Assembly (NCBI GenBank): GCA_030704615.1 | Contig: CM060734.1 | Coordinates: 43,586,001 to 43,650,000, forward strand | Origin: Takakia lepidozioides | Taxonomy: Eukaryota; Plantae; Bryophyta | Reading direction: 5' to 3' | Length of the DNA: 64,000 nt | Shown here: one piece after another, positions 45,511-58,800 of the stretch | How the letters are laid out: each line of letters opens with the position of its first letter | How positions within the stretch are numbered: the first letter of the stretch is position 1 | The notes under the pieces: model-generated | What the model was told of the DNA's origin: nothing | What the model saw: the letters and a program-made list of their open reading frames with translations, nothing else | Databases searched by the model: none | Position numbers and translations under genes: made by a program

Positions 45511-48500
45511 GATAGTACATAGTATTTTGTTGGTAGCCTCTGCTGCCCATTACCCTGTGGGTAATATGTTGTACTCTTTCTATGTACAATCATGAACTCT
45601 TTAGTCAACAACTCAATGGTCTCATTCATGAAGTGACTTCCCTGATCACTGATAAATTCTAAGGGACAGCCAAATCGTGTAAGTATGTTCTCGTACAGGA
45701 ACTTTGCTGTGGACTTGGCTGTGTTGTCCCTCAAAGCTTTAGCTTCCACCCACTTCGTAGTATAATCAGTGGCTGTAATTATGTACCTGTTCCGTGTATT
45801 CTTGGCTGGTGGGTTAATTGGTCCAACAAAGTCTAGTCCCCATTTCTGAAATGGTTCCGTAGGCATTGTAGGATGCAAGGCCATCCTTCCAGATCTCTGC
45901 AAAGGTCCTAGCCTCTGACATTCATCACAACTCTGACAATACTCGTGTACATCTTTGAACAAAGTAGGCCACCAGTAACCTGCGAGTAGTATCTTCCTAC
46001 TGGTAGTCTCTTCTCCAAAATGACCTCCAGCCACTCCTTTATGAACTTCTTCCAAAACTTTATTTACTTCATGGTGGTACAAGCATCGTTTTAGTACTCC
46101 ATCAGGTCCTAGCTTATACATTCTGCTTCCTACCATAGTATAAGGTAAAGCTTTGATAGCGATTCTCTTCCTCTGCTCCTTACCATAACTAGGTGGGCAC
46201 TGACCATGAGCAAGGTAGTATCTGATTGGCCATTGCCAATCTAACCAGTCATCTGCACTTCCCTGCACCTCCACTGCAAAGAGACTCGCATCTGGTAATT
46301 GATCATCTATTCCTGTGGCTGGTTCTCCTGTTGATAACCGTGACAAGTGATCCGCCACAAGATGTAGTCTCCCAGGCTTGTAAACAACCTCGAACTCAAA
46401 CTCGTGCAAGATTATCAACCATCTTGCTATTCTTCCGCTTATCAGAGGTTTGTTTACCAGGTATATCAGAGCCTGGTGATCCACATAGAACAAAAACTTC
46501 TTGCCCAACAGGTAATGTCTGAATTTCTTCACTGCATAGATCATTGCCAATGCTTCTCTTTCCGTCGTGCTATAGTTCCTTTCAGCACTGTTCATAAACC
46601 TGCTAACATAGTACACAGGTGAATCTATATTTCCTGTAACATTCTGGGCTAACACCGCTCCCAATGCTTCTCCTGATGCATCGCAGTGAACATGAAATAC
46701 TACATGCCAGTGAGGGTTAATCAGCACAGTGTAAGTTCCTCAAACGTCTGTTGACATTCAGCTGTCCAGGCAAACACTGCATCTTTCTTCAGTAGTTTGC
46801 TCAATGGTGCTGCTATTTGTGCATACCTCTTGACAAATCTTCTGTAATAACTGGTTTGCCCAAGGAATCTCCTTAGATTCTTAACATTCACTGGTGGTGG
46901 AGAGGCTTTAATGGCCTCTGTCTTCCTGGGATCCACAAGAAGTCCCTTTTTACACACAATGTGTCCCAGAAGCACCCCTGAGTTCACACAGAAAGTACAC
47001 TTCTCTGGATTCAGGCCCAAACCTCTCATCCTGCATCTGGCCAAACATAACTCCAATTTATGCAAGTGCTCATTCTTGGAGCTGTACACACTGAAATCAT
47101 CCAAGAATACCTGCATGAAATCATCCAGATACTCATGAAAAGATTCATTTATCACTCTCTGAAAGGTCGCTGGTGCATTACAAAGTCCAAAGGGCATGAC
47201 TTTGTATGCGTAAGCCCCCCAGTTTGTGATGAAAGCTGTTTTCCCTTGGTCTTCTTCTGCCACTTGCACTTGATTATAACCACTGAAGCCATCCATGAAT
47301 GAGTACATCTCATGGCCTGCCACAATGTCTAATACTGCTTCTGTGAATGGCAAGGGGAAAGGATCTTTCTTCGTACAAGCATTCAGCTTCTTATAGTTCA
47401 CACATACTCTTAGTTTGCCATTCTTCTTGGGAACTATAACAATGGGTGACAACCAAGTTGTATACTCTATTGGGTATATAAACTTAGCCTCAGCCAACTT
47501 CTTTATCTCTTCTCCAACCTTCTGTGCATAGTTGGGATTCATTCTGTACCTCGCCTGATTGGTACTGACCTGGTTTCAGTTCAATCTTATGCTGACAGAC
47601 TTCAGGTGGTATCCCTTTTAGATCCTCATAGCTCCAAGCAAATACATCTCTGTATTTGATGAACAAGCTTTTAGCTTCTTCGAAGAATTCTGGCTCCAAA
47701 TCAGCTCCTACTTTCACCATCCTCAGTTCCTCTTTAGTTCCCACATTCACTTCCCTCACCTGCTCATCAGCTGTGATTGTCCAACCAGTCACCACTTCAT
47801 CCTGTAAGCTCACAGTGGCTGGTTCTTCTAGGATTTCTATTTCTCCTTCTCTTTCTTCATAGAAATGTGATGGGTAAATGCTGGTTTCCTCTTCAGTTGG
47901 TGTTGCTGTCACTACACCACAGCAGATACCTCTCAAACAACTTAGGCTTTCCAGCCGCATCTTGCAACCTGCACTCTGGGTGTGCAGCCTGCTCCCACTC
48001 TGGGTGTGCAGCAAATAGGGTAGCTTCCTGCTCCTCATCCAGTCCTCCTTTCCAGTCATACTCTCTGACTCCTCGAGGTCTTCGTGTAGCAGGTAATCTA
48101 CTAGATTTCTTTGTGGTAATTTATATCTCGTGTATCCCATTATGCACGGTTAGTAACTAAGAATTCCAGTCATGGAATACCCTGGCATGTTTCAGCCACG
48201 GACGTCCCAATAATCAGGAGTAAGCCTCCATGACTTCATCCATTTTCAACACAGTTACTGTGATCATAAAGATCATCTTCTGTATCTGTATCTTTACTCC
48301 TCTTATTAATCCCAATGGCTGTACACTTCTTTGATCTGCCATTGTTACTGTAAATGGGGGTGGTTTCATGTTACTTAGACCAAGCTTCTTCCTTAATTGG
48401 TCTGTCATGATATTTACTTCCAGAACCTCCATCTATCAGTACATCAGTTAGTTCTGTGCTTCCAATTCTCAATTGGATTACTGGCATAGAATCATCAAAG

Positions 48501-48748
48501 TCCATGACTGTTTCTCGCCCTTCCGGCTTCACATTATAACTGGTCACCTTGCTGTTCAGGTCTGTGTTTCCTGTCTCCTGGGCAATTCGATTGATTGCTT
48601 GATACAACCTGTGCCTACAATAAGGTGCCACTGCTAATAGCTGTCCAATGGTAATTTCTGCTTTGGTCTGGCATATTACTTCAGCCAAAGTCTCTTCATT
48701 ACTTTGCATGTCTGCATCTTCTTTCTTCCTTTCTTCCTCACTCTCCAT
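45498..48748 (-). CDS. Gypsy pol (protease, RT, RNase H, integrase core), split by 1-nt frameshifts
   Basis: LIDGGS; DGFSGYNQ/MPFGLCNAPATF/FLDD; CDAS..EREALA..DHQAL..ADHLSR; H..GGH..CDEC; GLDFVGP; SDQG. Confidence 0.95.
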
Positions 48749-48799
48749 CAGAATCAGAGGAATCTGCCACAGGAATATCAGTACTCTTCTGCATTTCCC

Positions 48800-50984
48800 T
48801 TATAGTATCTGCCACTTCCTTGTGCAGTTCCTTCTCATCTTCCAAGTCTCTTCATCTTCAGGCATATCATTGCCACCTTCATTATCATCTTCTTCCTCTT
48901 CTATTGGAGGTATTAGTTTGGCTTTACTTCTTGTTACTATCATTGTACTTACTTCTGGTACAACACATGGCCTAACCATGTGAGCTGCCACCACTGGGCC
49001 CTCATTCACAGGAGCTCTCATCTCATTCTGGTGTCTTATCCAGAATGAACAGGCTGCCCTGCGATGTCCTGGCTGATTACAATAGTAACATAGTTCTTCA
49101 CCATTGGGTCCTCGCCCTTGGTCTGTTCTTGGATTATTTCTATAATCCTGATTCCCGGGCTGGTAATTCCCCCTTGGATTACCCTGATAGTTGCCTCTGG
49201 AATTTCCTTGGTAATTCCCTCTTGAATTACCTCTCCCTTCTATGCCATTGTTATAACCACCAGACCTACCATAGTGGTCCTGATCATTGTTTCTTCTTGG
49301 CTGGGGCTGCACCTGATGCACCCTTACTTGCCTAGGTTCTCTTGCAGTTGTCCTTCTGTTGTAGTAACAATTCTAAGTAGAATGGTTATCCATTTTAAGA
49401 TAGTACAGTTTTTCTGTTTCTCCTTCTGTGGCATTCTGTGGTGGTATGGCCTTCATTCTGGCACTTTGCACACCATACACCCTTCCTCCAATGTGTTGCA
49501 GCCTCTGTGGCATATTTCTTCAAGATTTCTTCAATCTTTTTCATAGTTATCCCTCTTTACTTCTCCTTTCTCTTACTCTTCCTTTTTATTTCTTGCTCTT
49601 CTTCTTCATCTGACTCATCCTCAGAGTCCTCATCATCTCTTTTCTCTCTCCTGAGCATTCCCAATTGCTCAATTCTGTTCGCTGTTTCAAATGCCTCCTC
49701 CACTGTATTATGGGGTAACATATCCACTTTCTTTTGCAACTCTGGTCTTAGTCCACTCACAAACCAAGTCTTCTATAAACCGGGTGCTGGTACTGCAGCC
49801 AGCTTTTTCATCATCAATTCCATCTTTTCCATATACTCCTCAACAGTTTCATGCTTCTTTTGCTTTAACTGTTGTAAACTTCCATATACTTCATCTTCAG
49901 TTTTACTTGTCCTGAACCTATTTCAAAATGTTGTACTCAAGCCATTCCAGGTTAGGAAATGATTATCAGGGAATCTTGCATACCATTCACTTGCTTTATT
50001 GATGAGTGAACAAGGAAACAATCTCATCTTGGCATCATCGCCATTCTCATTGTTCACTATACACATGTGCTCAAATTGGCTAATGTGTACATCGAGATCC
50101 CCTTTTCCTGAATATATTGGAAAGGGTGGTTTTGCCCGTGTTGGTTGTAACGCCATCTGTGGCCCTACCTTCTGCCCACTGACAGGTGCTGGCACCCTTA
50201 CTGGTGCTGGTCCTTCTGGACCTGTTGTTTGTGGTGGATCTTCCACCAAGTGGTGGCCCTTGAGCACTCCCTGCTTCTAGCCCCACGATATTCACAGTAT
50301 TCCCAGCTTCAGTTGCACTACTTCCCACACTCCCTGTCCCCCCAGAGCCAGATCCAGGCCGCCCGCCTGATCCCCCTGAGCCGACACCTTCGTTGGCCTG
50401 TGATCCAAGTGCTCCACTTGATCCAGGTCCAACGGGTTGGGATGTCCTGGTTGTAGTCTCAACCTCAGCTGTTGGGTCTACTTCTTCATATTCTTCCTCT
50501 TCCAATTTCTTCTCTCTGTTTTCATCCTCCAAGTTCTGCCCTGGGTTTCTTCTTCACTCATGTAACTCAACTGTAATGGTGTTGGAGAGTCTGAACTCTC
50601 CGTTGGCTCTGCCACATCCTCTTCTCCTTCTTCACCTTCTGCTTCAGAAACTGGAGTTCCTGCTTTTGGTGTTCCATGCCAACTCTTATCAAAGATTTCT
50701 GTCAAATCTTTTATCCAGGGATGTACCTCAGATCTTTCACCTCGTGATTGATCTTCTTCCTGTACCAATTCCCTTAATCTTTCTTGCAAAGAAACAGAAG
50801 GAGTGGCATCCAACTCTAGTTCTTCCGGTATAGGTGATGTACTCTTTGATCTTAATGGTGTGAGAGGTCCAGATGATTCCCCTATGTCTATTCCTCTCTC
50901 CCAAAGATATGGATAATTAGCTTTCAGATAGCTTTCTCTTTTTGCTGAATATCTCTGTCGTCTAGCTTCTCTTTCATCACTCAT
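48800..50984 (-). CDS. Gypsy gag, split by frameshifts
   Basis: DVHISQFE..LFPCSL..ASEWY..TWNGL gag core and the CYYCNQPGHRRAAC knuckle. Confidence 0.88.
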
Positions 50985-51572
50985 GTCCCATGTCTTTCAT
51001 TTCTTTTAATGTGGCAATAACCAAAACTCTCTTCTGTAATATCTCTCGTATATGCCTGGGTTTCTTTCAAGCTTCAATGCACCCTTGGCTATACTTGAAG
51101 TCTCCGTTACCATATAACCATATGGCAAACAAGTCTGAAAAGCTGTTCTTGGTGTGAGTTTGATCCACAAAATATCCTTTGGAATCCAATTCTATACCAG
51201 TACAAGCTCTTCATGCATATGATATAAACATTCACCTTTCTTTCTTCCCAGCCTTCAAACTCTACTCGCTTAATGGATAGCAATGCTATCACATAAACCA
51301 ATGTTGGTAACCAACGTGCTCTTCCTCTACATGCTACCTGATAAATCTTTATCACTCCTTTCTCTAGACCCCATTCCGGATCAGCATCATGCACTCGCTT
51401 AAGAATATTTTCTTTACAACCGTCTGGCAATTCCAAGAACCTTTGAAAGAATTGTTTGGACAATCTTTCTTCCTTCGTTCCACAGGGAATTTGATTCACT
51501 TCAAATTCTTTAATGGTCCAACCACCATGATCCCACCAGATGCCTGTCACATCTGGTTGTTCATGACTCAGT

Positions 51573-51590
51573 TCCCCAGTATGGTCGCCA
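51573..51590 (-). other. Primer-binding site, probably tRNA-Arg type
   Basis: TGGCGACCATACTGGGGA lies two bases inside the 5' LTR. The tRNA assignment is from memory of plant tRNA-Arg 3' ends (..TGGTCGCCA). Confidence 0.7.
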
Positions 51591-51592
51591 AA

Positions 51593-52456
51593 TGTCGCGC
51601 CTGCTTTTACTCACCCATCCCTTCGCTATCCGAGGCGGAAACTCCAAGATAGAAGAGTTGGAAATCTCTAAGTACTCAGCCCGCGCAGAACAATCAGTCA
51701 TGACCTACAGCTAGTGTATCATGGGGGTGTTTCCTATTTGTTTCCCTTTTGGCATTCAGGTTAGCTACCTTACCATTGATAATTAAGTATCAGTTTGCTT
51801 TATCAATCTATGGATTCCATCAACTCATCCATTCATTCCACAGCTTCACTCAGATCTCTCTACACAGTGTGATTGTATCGTATAAGTATCCGATTAGGAT
51901 TTATCAGGTATCAGGCCGAAGCCATTGTGTCTCTTATCTGCTCTACTATATCACTACGCTTTGCATATAACAAGCATCTACTAATCTCGTTCCCCCTTCA
52001 CCGCGCTCTCCATCTGGCTTCCGATCTTCCTCTCCGCCCGATCTCCTCCCATGCATGACCCATAAGTCCTCCCCCTCAAGTGCTTCCAAGAATCCCCCCT
52101 TCTCCGTCCTTGCTTCTCCCTTTATCTTCCTACCCGTGGCTCTAACCGTTTTCCTCACTAACCGTCGTCCGTGAACTAACATGTTCCATTTGCAGGTGTT
52201 GTTCCCCATAGTCGTTCCCTGTCCTGCTCTCCGTTCCCTATGGTCGTGACAGCTGTGTCAAGCTGTGACTGGCTGTGTGAAACTGTGACGGGCTGTGACT
52301 GGATGTGCGACTGTGACGGCTGTGACGGGCTGTGTAACCCCCCTCTACAGTGCGCTGCTGTCACCCCTAAGGCTCCTGTTGGTCTCAGTCTGTGCAAAAA
52401 TTAAGGGTACCCTACAGTCCCGTATAAGTGTCTAAGTCCCAAACAGTCCTCTAACA
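51593..52456 (-). repeat. 5' LTR
   Basis: Near-identical to 39385-40253. Confidence 0.96.
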
Positions 52457-52819
52457 CCACGATGGTTTCCAGGTTACCGTGTGAAAACTTTGCATTTAGG
52501 ACAAACACATACATTTCGTTCACGGAACCAGGGCAAATGCACGTGCCATTCATTATAAGCGTCTATCTATGAATTGAAATAAAGCGTGTCAATCATTCTG
52601 AGCTCAATTCTGCCATATTTTCATATTCCTCTTTTTGTGCAGGCATTGCAGACATGGTGCATGGTGGCCCCCTTTGTTTTGTCCACGGTAATAGGCCCTC
52701 TTCTTGCAATCCTCGCCTATAGGACCTGCTTCTCCAGCAAATTTGTGCCGCTCACGCTTTGCAGCTACAACGTGAGCTCAGCTCCTAGGCTCACGGGGCT
52801 GGGCTCACGCCGTAGCTAC

Positions 52820-54654
52820 GCTGGGCCAGCACATCTCACAATGGATAGCATTTTGGACACAATGAGGCAGTCTCAGCGTGTGAGACACGATGACCGGTCG
52901 TCTTTGGCAGTGGTCAACAAGGTGGGTCAACCACGAGCAGCACTACCTACACTGCTCAGTTTCCCAGGATCGCATGCTTTCCGGGATAGTGGACGTGGCC
53001 TCATGAAGGATGCCCAGTTGCAGCAGTTAGTGGAGCCCAATGCCAACAAGCGTGAGCGGACAATGGGTTTTATCACTGGTACCACGACGGTGCCATCTTT
53101 TTCTAAGTTATCACGTCGTAAGGTGTTGAGGCAAGCAATGGATCTCAATTGCTTGACCTGGATCATCAGCTTGAGTATGGCTGAGCAGCGCAAGTTGCGG
53201 GCAACTTCTCCCACTACATGTCCCTTGACAGACTCCCTGCCTACCGAGACAGTGAGTGGGGGCGAGCAGGTGAGGACCACGGGGTGCAGACATCCATGGC
53301 ACACGTGGGAGGTGCTCGAGGTTCAGAGAGAGTTGGCAGCCAAGGCGGCCGTGATGGATGAGGTTGGGGATTCTTCTCGAGTTGAGGAGGTCCTTAAGGA
53401 TGAGATGATGGGGCAGAATGAGGCCTTGTCATTGACAGAGCAGGCAGTGGGCACTGCTCAAGAGGTTGCAGCATAGCAACCACGGGACGCGTCTCCTACC
53501 TCTAAGTCTGTTGGACTTAAGGTTGCAGTTACGGAGGACAATTGGGAGCTTGACATTGGACCCATTGTCATTGGCGGAGAGAGACGACGTATAGGGCAGG
53601 GTGAATGCAGGGTTGACTGGACCAAAATGGACGTTACCGGCACAGTTTTAGATGACTGCAATTGATGGTGTCATCAATTGAATTTGAATTAAGTCATTAA
53701 AACCAGCAAATATATATGTCATTGGATTCCTAGCTTCAATACGCACCCATAGCAACTCTCCAATAAAGAATCCGATAAGAAATGACTCTGCGATGGACTT
53801 TTAAACACACGTCATTGTGGACTGTTACCGCAGTGAATGGAGTTACAATGGACTCAAGTTCTCCTATGTGCCAGTGGTGAATTCCATTGAAATTTGGACA
53901 TAAGGTGGCCATTTTGGTCCACATCATAGGTATGGATTTGAAGTGGCAAAATCATTTGTCATTTGACTCATATGGACTAATATATGTCAAAAAATAGGCG
54001 TTTTTGGAAAAGTCCATAGCTCATCTTGTTTATTGGATTTTGGGTGTCATTGCTTTTCTAGAATTATAAAAACCTATAATCTTCAATGGCTAGGTGACAT
54101 ATTGAATTTTTTTTGTAAACTCTAATTTTTAGTTTTTCATAATTTTTCTAAATAATAGACTAAAATATTTAATGAATTATATCCTTAATATTTGGGGTAG
54201 GACTCTTGACTAAATATGTTCAGTATACCATTATCTATCACAAAAAAAATATAGTATCCTCAATTTGTTTTTTTTTTGTCATGGACTTTCATGGAGTAGG
54301 ATCTGCCGTTTTTGGTCCACTCAACCCTGCAACTGCCCGGCAGTTCCTGAGGGCTTACATGAATTGCTTTGTCTCTCATGCTATGGTGGAGGAGCATGAG
54401 AAATATGTTCAGGTGGTGCATCGACCGGGTTTGGTCATTCGGGATGCGGATGGATTGAGTCGCAATCCATGCACGAGCCAGCAGGATGACATTAGAGCTC
54501 GGTGAGACGGACGAGAAGATGGTGTTGGGATGACATGCATCTGTTTTTTTGTGTATCTTGGCATCGGGAGGTCAGGTTGGACCTACAACAGGGATGACTG
54601 TAAACAGAGTGTCTGAGGACCCTGAGGCTAGTGATGAGCCAGGGGTGCCAGAGA
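52820..54654 (+). mobile_element. Deleted Gypsy-like relic carrying a C5 cytosine methyltransferase C-terminal fragment
   Basis: EPNANKRERTMGFITGTT..SKLSRRKVLRQAMDLNCLTWI (~53030-53170) resembles C5-MTase motifs IX-X. VVHRPGLVIRDADGLSRNP (~54410-54470) is a Gypsy RNase H end. An AT-rich insert occupies ~53640-54330. Confidence 0.68.
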
Positions 54655-55200
54655 CACTACAGCAAATGGGGGGGGTTTGCGACGCCAGCCGCGCCACCAT
54701 GCCCCGCGCGGTGCCGAGCGTGCGACGCCAAAACCTGCAGCGCCTTTTTGCGATGTCGGGCCGTCGCAAACAAACCCCGCGGGTCGCCACCCCACGCCTT
54801 GGCCAGGCGGCGACGCCCGGCCGCCGCACAGGCGGATGAAGGGCAGAAGGCAGCCCTTCCGTGCGACGCCCACGCGTCGCTCCCCAGCGAAGGGCAGAAG
54901 GTAGCCCTTTCTGGCGACGGCCGGCTGTCGCCAACGGAAAAAAAACAGCCCTTTCTTGCCATTTCTTTTATCGCAGCCCTTATTTGCGACACCAGGCCGT
55001 CGCATGGTAGCATGAATGGCAAAAGGCCTTGGCGACAGCCAGACGTCGCAAACAAGGGCTGCCCTATTCTTTCAAAACAAAAAAACATGTCGCAGTTTGC
55101 GACGGCTTGCCATCGCCATTTGCGACCCCCGATCATAAATCCAAAAAAATCGCGTCGCAGTTTGCGGCGCGTGGGGGTCACAGGCAGCGACGGCAGGGCT
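54655..55200. mobile_element. CACTA terminus with subterminal repeats
   Basis: CACTACAGCAAAT at 54655, followed by many TGCGACG/CGTCGCA motifs in both orientations. Confidence 0.85.
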
Positions 55201-55235
55201 TTCTAGGTTTAGGTTTAGAGCCTTTTGGGGTTCTT

Positions 55236-55276
<41 letters not shown>

Positions 55277-55899
55277 CCATATGGTACTGAGGTAGGGTGT
55301 TTGTTTTTTTTTATGGTTTAGCTTGTTGTTGTGGACCTTCTTGTAGATTGTGACATTCGTTTTGATAATTCTCTTGGTACCACATCTGTATGTATTGCTC
55401 CAACATATTCAATGCTTCTGCCTTCTTTCTTGAAAGACTACCAGCCACACGTGTTTGATCAATCATAGAAATAAGCTACAATATGCATGTACATGTACAA
55501 TCAATCAATGGGATAGTTCGGTGCAAGAATTGTTATGTAGCTTTGATTTCGTGTCTAATCAACTAGAACATCATCATCCGGAGCTTCTTCAACCTCATCA
55601 AGCTGCAAGTCTTCTTGGTCATCAGAGTCATCGTCATAAATGGCCCGGCCCTCAAAAGGCACCTCCGAATCATCCTTCACCTCATTGTCAATGGCCGTGT
55701 CTTCGTCTCCTTCTCCAACATCCATATCTTCTAGAGCTTCATCATATAGGGTCGGGGATGCATTCTCAGGGGCGTCATCATCCTCTTCTACCCCCTCTAC
55801 CTAATCTCCATCATCAGCATCATTATGACCAGTCTCTCCGTCCACCGTAATTGCCTCACCCCATGGAGATCCGAGACCATGATAAATACGTCTTCCTCT

Positions 55900-58800
55900 T
55901 GGCTAAGCATGCACAACCACCTTCCAAATCCCCCTTCTTGTTTTGTCATCAGAAAAGAAAATTTGCTTCATATCTGCAGGCCGTGAAAAAAACTCATCGG
56001 AGGGATGATAAGTAGGGTTGAGCCTATCTGCATTGACGCGCATGAAACCACAATCATCTTGCACTAGTGTTGCGGGGGGGCCCACAAGATATGGCTGAAA
56101 CCACCTTCCCTTGAAGAGAAGAGGCCAGTACCTTGTATACTGAAGTTGGAGTATGTTCTCAAGCTCTCCAATGTATTCAAGTTTTGTCATAGCAGGTTGT
56201 GTATCTCCATTACCCCACACGGAGTCTTGCCAATATGTGGCACACAAGCCAGAAATCAAAGGTTGTTTTGCACTTCATGTCAAGAGCACGAATGCGGAAA
56301 TGACGACCGTGAACCCAAACCGCCGTGTATGAGGTCACGAATTGAGAGGGGCCCCTTGAAATGTCTTGCACCAAATCTGAAACCACCTCTCCTTGAGCAA
56401 CGGCGTCATAAACTGAAGTCCAAAACCACTGTTGGAATGAATTTAGAGGCTGCAATTCCATGAGCAAATGTTGTCAAGGAACATTCCGGCGGCCCGCTCC
56501 TCGTCGTGGGCATCTAGTAACCGGCCTTGGATGGTTCCGCCTCCATGCAAGCGTCTCCTCATCTCGTTGGTGAACAACATTATTGTATCTTGCCTTCCAC
56601 TCATGTATGGATGGGGTGTTCTTCAGTATGAAGTCATCCGCTTGCTCAATCACCAAGGTCGGCAATTTTACCCTCTTCGATTTTTTGGGCAAAACGATGT
56701 CATTGGTTCGTGTATCCTCCTCTTCCTTCCATATCCGATGGGCTTCCTCATCCACCCTTGTCACGTACTCCGTGCAATAGAACATAGCTTCTTGCAACGT
56801 ATACCCCTCCGCCATGCTATCCTCCGAATGCGCCATTTGTCTTACAAATCCTTTCAAAGTCTTCATATAATGCTCAAGGAAGTACATCCACTGAGAATGA
56901 AAGGGGGCCGGCAATCGAAGCCTCTTCCACTAAGTGCACTATCAAGTGCACTTGGATGTCAAAGAAGGAGGGAGGAAGGTGCATCTCCAATATACACATT
57001 ACCTCCGCCGCCTTCTTCTTCATGCGTGGAAAATCCGCTTCCTCCAACTCTTTGGAGCAAATCCACCGGAACAAGCCTCCCAATCTATAGATTGTCTCAC
57101 AAACCTCGGGAGTCAATGTCTCACGTACTGCAATGGGCAAGATGTATTGCAATAGATTGTGGTAGTCATGAGACTTCAAACCATGGACCCCGTCTTCTTC
57201 GCTGAACTTCGTACGGAGGGATGACCCATAACCAGTTGGTGTTCGGACAGCACTTATGGTGCCTATCACTTTCTTGTATTCCTCCTTTGTCCATTGCCAA
57301 GGTGCGCGCCTATACTTCCACCGTACAACACCCTTTGGGTCCACACCATTTTGTTCGGCCCATAGATGGCGCATGCGACCCTGCTCCTCAAGCTCCTTTC
57401 TAACACCGAGAGAATCTTTTTTTGCAACCACTCCCTTCTTTGCCGGCGTGCCATGAAGAACCCGAAAAAGGGACGAGCAGACATTCTTCTCAATATGCAT
57501 GGGATCTAGAAGATGGCAAGTCTTCAGGTCCTACATATATCCCCACCCTCAAATACATACATAAATTTTTTTACGTGAAAGTGACAATGCAACGCATACC
57601 AAATGTGCAATATCACATGCATACATAGGAATATTGACGATGTTTTTGTGGAATATGTACCGCCCAATATGGCAACTCGTAGAAGATTGAAAGTCGTTTC
57701 ATGTCGGGCACGTCCACTTCATCGTTCGTGCCCGCACAGGCCTCCTTCCATCGGTCCTCCCAAAACTGCCCGGATGGTGTCATGGGGGGGGACGTACTTC
57801 CTCTTTGCCATCAAACAAATGTTTCTCTCTTCTTCTCCATCGATGGCTCATATGAAGAAATTTGCGGTAGTTGGGATACACCATCTTGTGAAGATGGCGG
57901 GAGCTATGTGCATCAAGATCATCGCCACAATGCAAGCATGCATGGTACCCTTTGGTGCTTAGCCCCGAGAAAACAGTTAGTCCTGTACTACACATCCCAC
58001 CACACTAGCAAAGACAAAAAGTTGTCATGTGCATGACCCATAATGTCATCTACCCCACTACGGTGTACAAGACTGTCGCCGCTACTTCAATCAATCCCAA
58101 TCCTCATCAATATTATCCGGCATTGACAAGTGAATGTATGTGGGTTGTTCATGGGGAACATAATATACCTGGATAATCATGCATTGTCCAAAGCAAGATG
58201 CCTCTCATCTGAAAAGATTGTCCGGCCATAGGGTCAAGTGAAGTATCCAATGCCGGGACCCCCCCTCCATAGCTCCTTAAGTTCATCAACAAGAGGTCGA
58301 AAGTACGTGTCCATGTTTGCCACTTGTTTTTTCCCTATGAAACATTCACATCATTGTTTCAATGCTCCACCAATATGCAAATTATACTACAAAATGAATT
58401 ACACGTCTTACTTCATGATTATGTCACTCATCAATCTTGCATCCGAATTGCGTCAGAGATCATAAGTTTAATGTAAAGTTCAAGGCAATAATAAACATGA
58501 AATGAGTACACTCACCTGGCACAATGGCAGCCAACATGATATGGCCTTTTTTAATTGAAAGATACGGAGAGATGTTGTAATTCACCATGGTCATCGGCCA
58601 AGTGGAATGACTACATGACTGGACAGAGAATGGGTTGACCCCATCCGAGGAGAAGCCGAGGTGGACATGTCATGGGTCCTCCAAGAGAAAAGGCCACATC
58701 TCTTCAATATGCCTCCATGCTTGTGAATCTTGTGGCCCGCACACCTTTCCCGGGGGGCTCCGATGCGAGGCGCATCCCACGAGTCTGGCCAATTCGAGGC

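Larger units (their letters stand above)
39385..52456 (-). mobile_element. Full-length young Ty3/Gypsy LTR retrotransposon (13,072 bp), non-chromovirus type with extra 3' ORFs
   Basis: TG..CA LTRs, perfect 5-bp TSD CCACG (39380-39384, 52457-52461), PBS, PPT and domain order gag-PR-RT-RH-INT. Confidence 0.97.
28431..52816. mobile_element. Large Mutator-like DNA transposon (~11.3 kb excluding the nested Gypsy)
   Basis: Degenerate inverted ends: GCTA.4.GTGAGCC.7.GTGAGCCT at 28431 versus its complement ending at 52816, and AGGGCCTATT(T/A)CCG(C/T)GG at ~28517 versus ~52683-52699. Encloses a MULE/SWIM transposase and a divergent cargo gene. Confidence 0.6.

Noticed and set aside
54549-55206. GC-rich overlapping ORFs
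   Set aside because: By-products of CACTA subterminal repeats.
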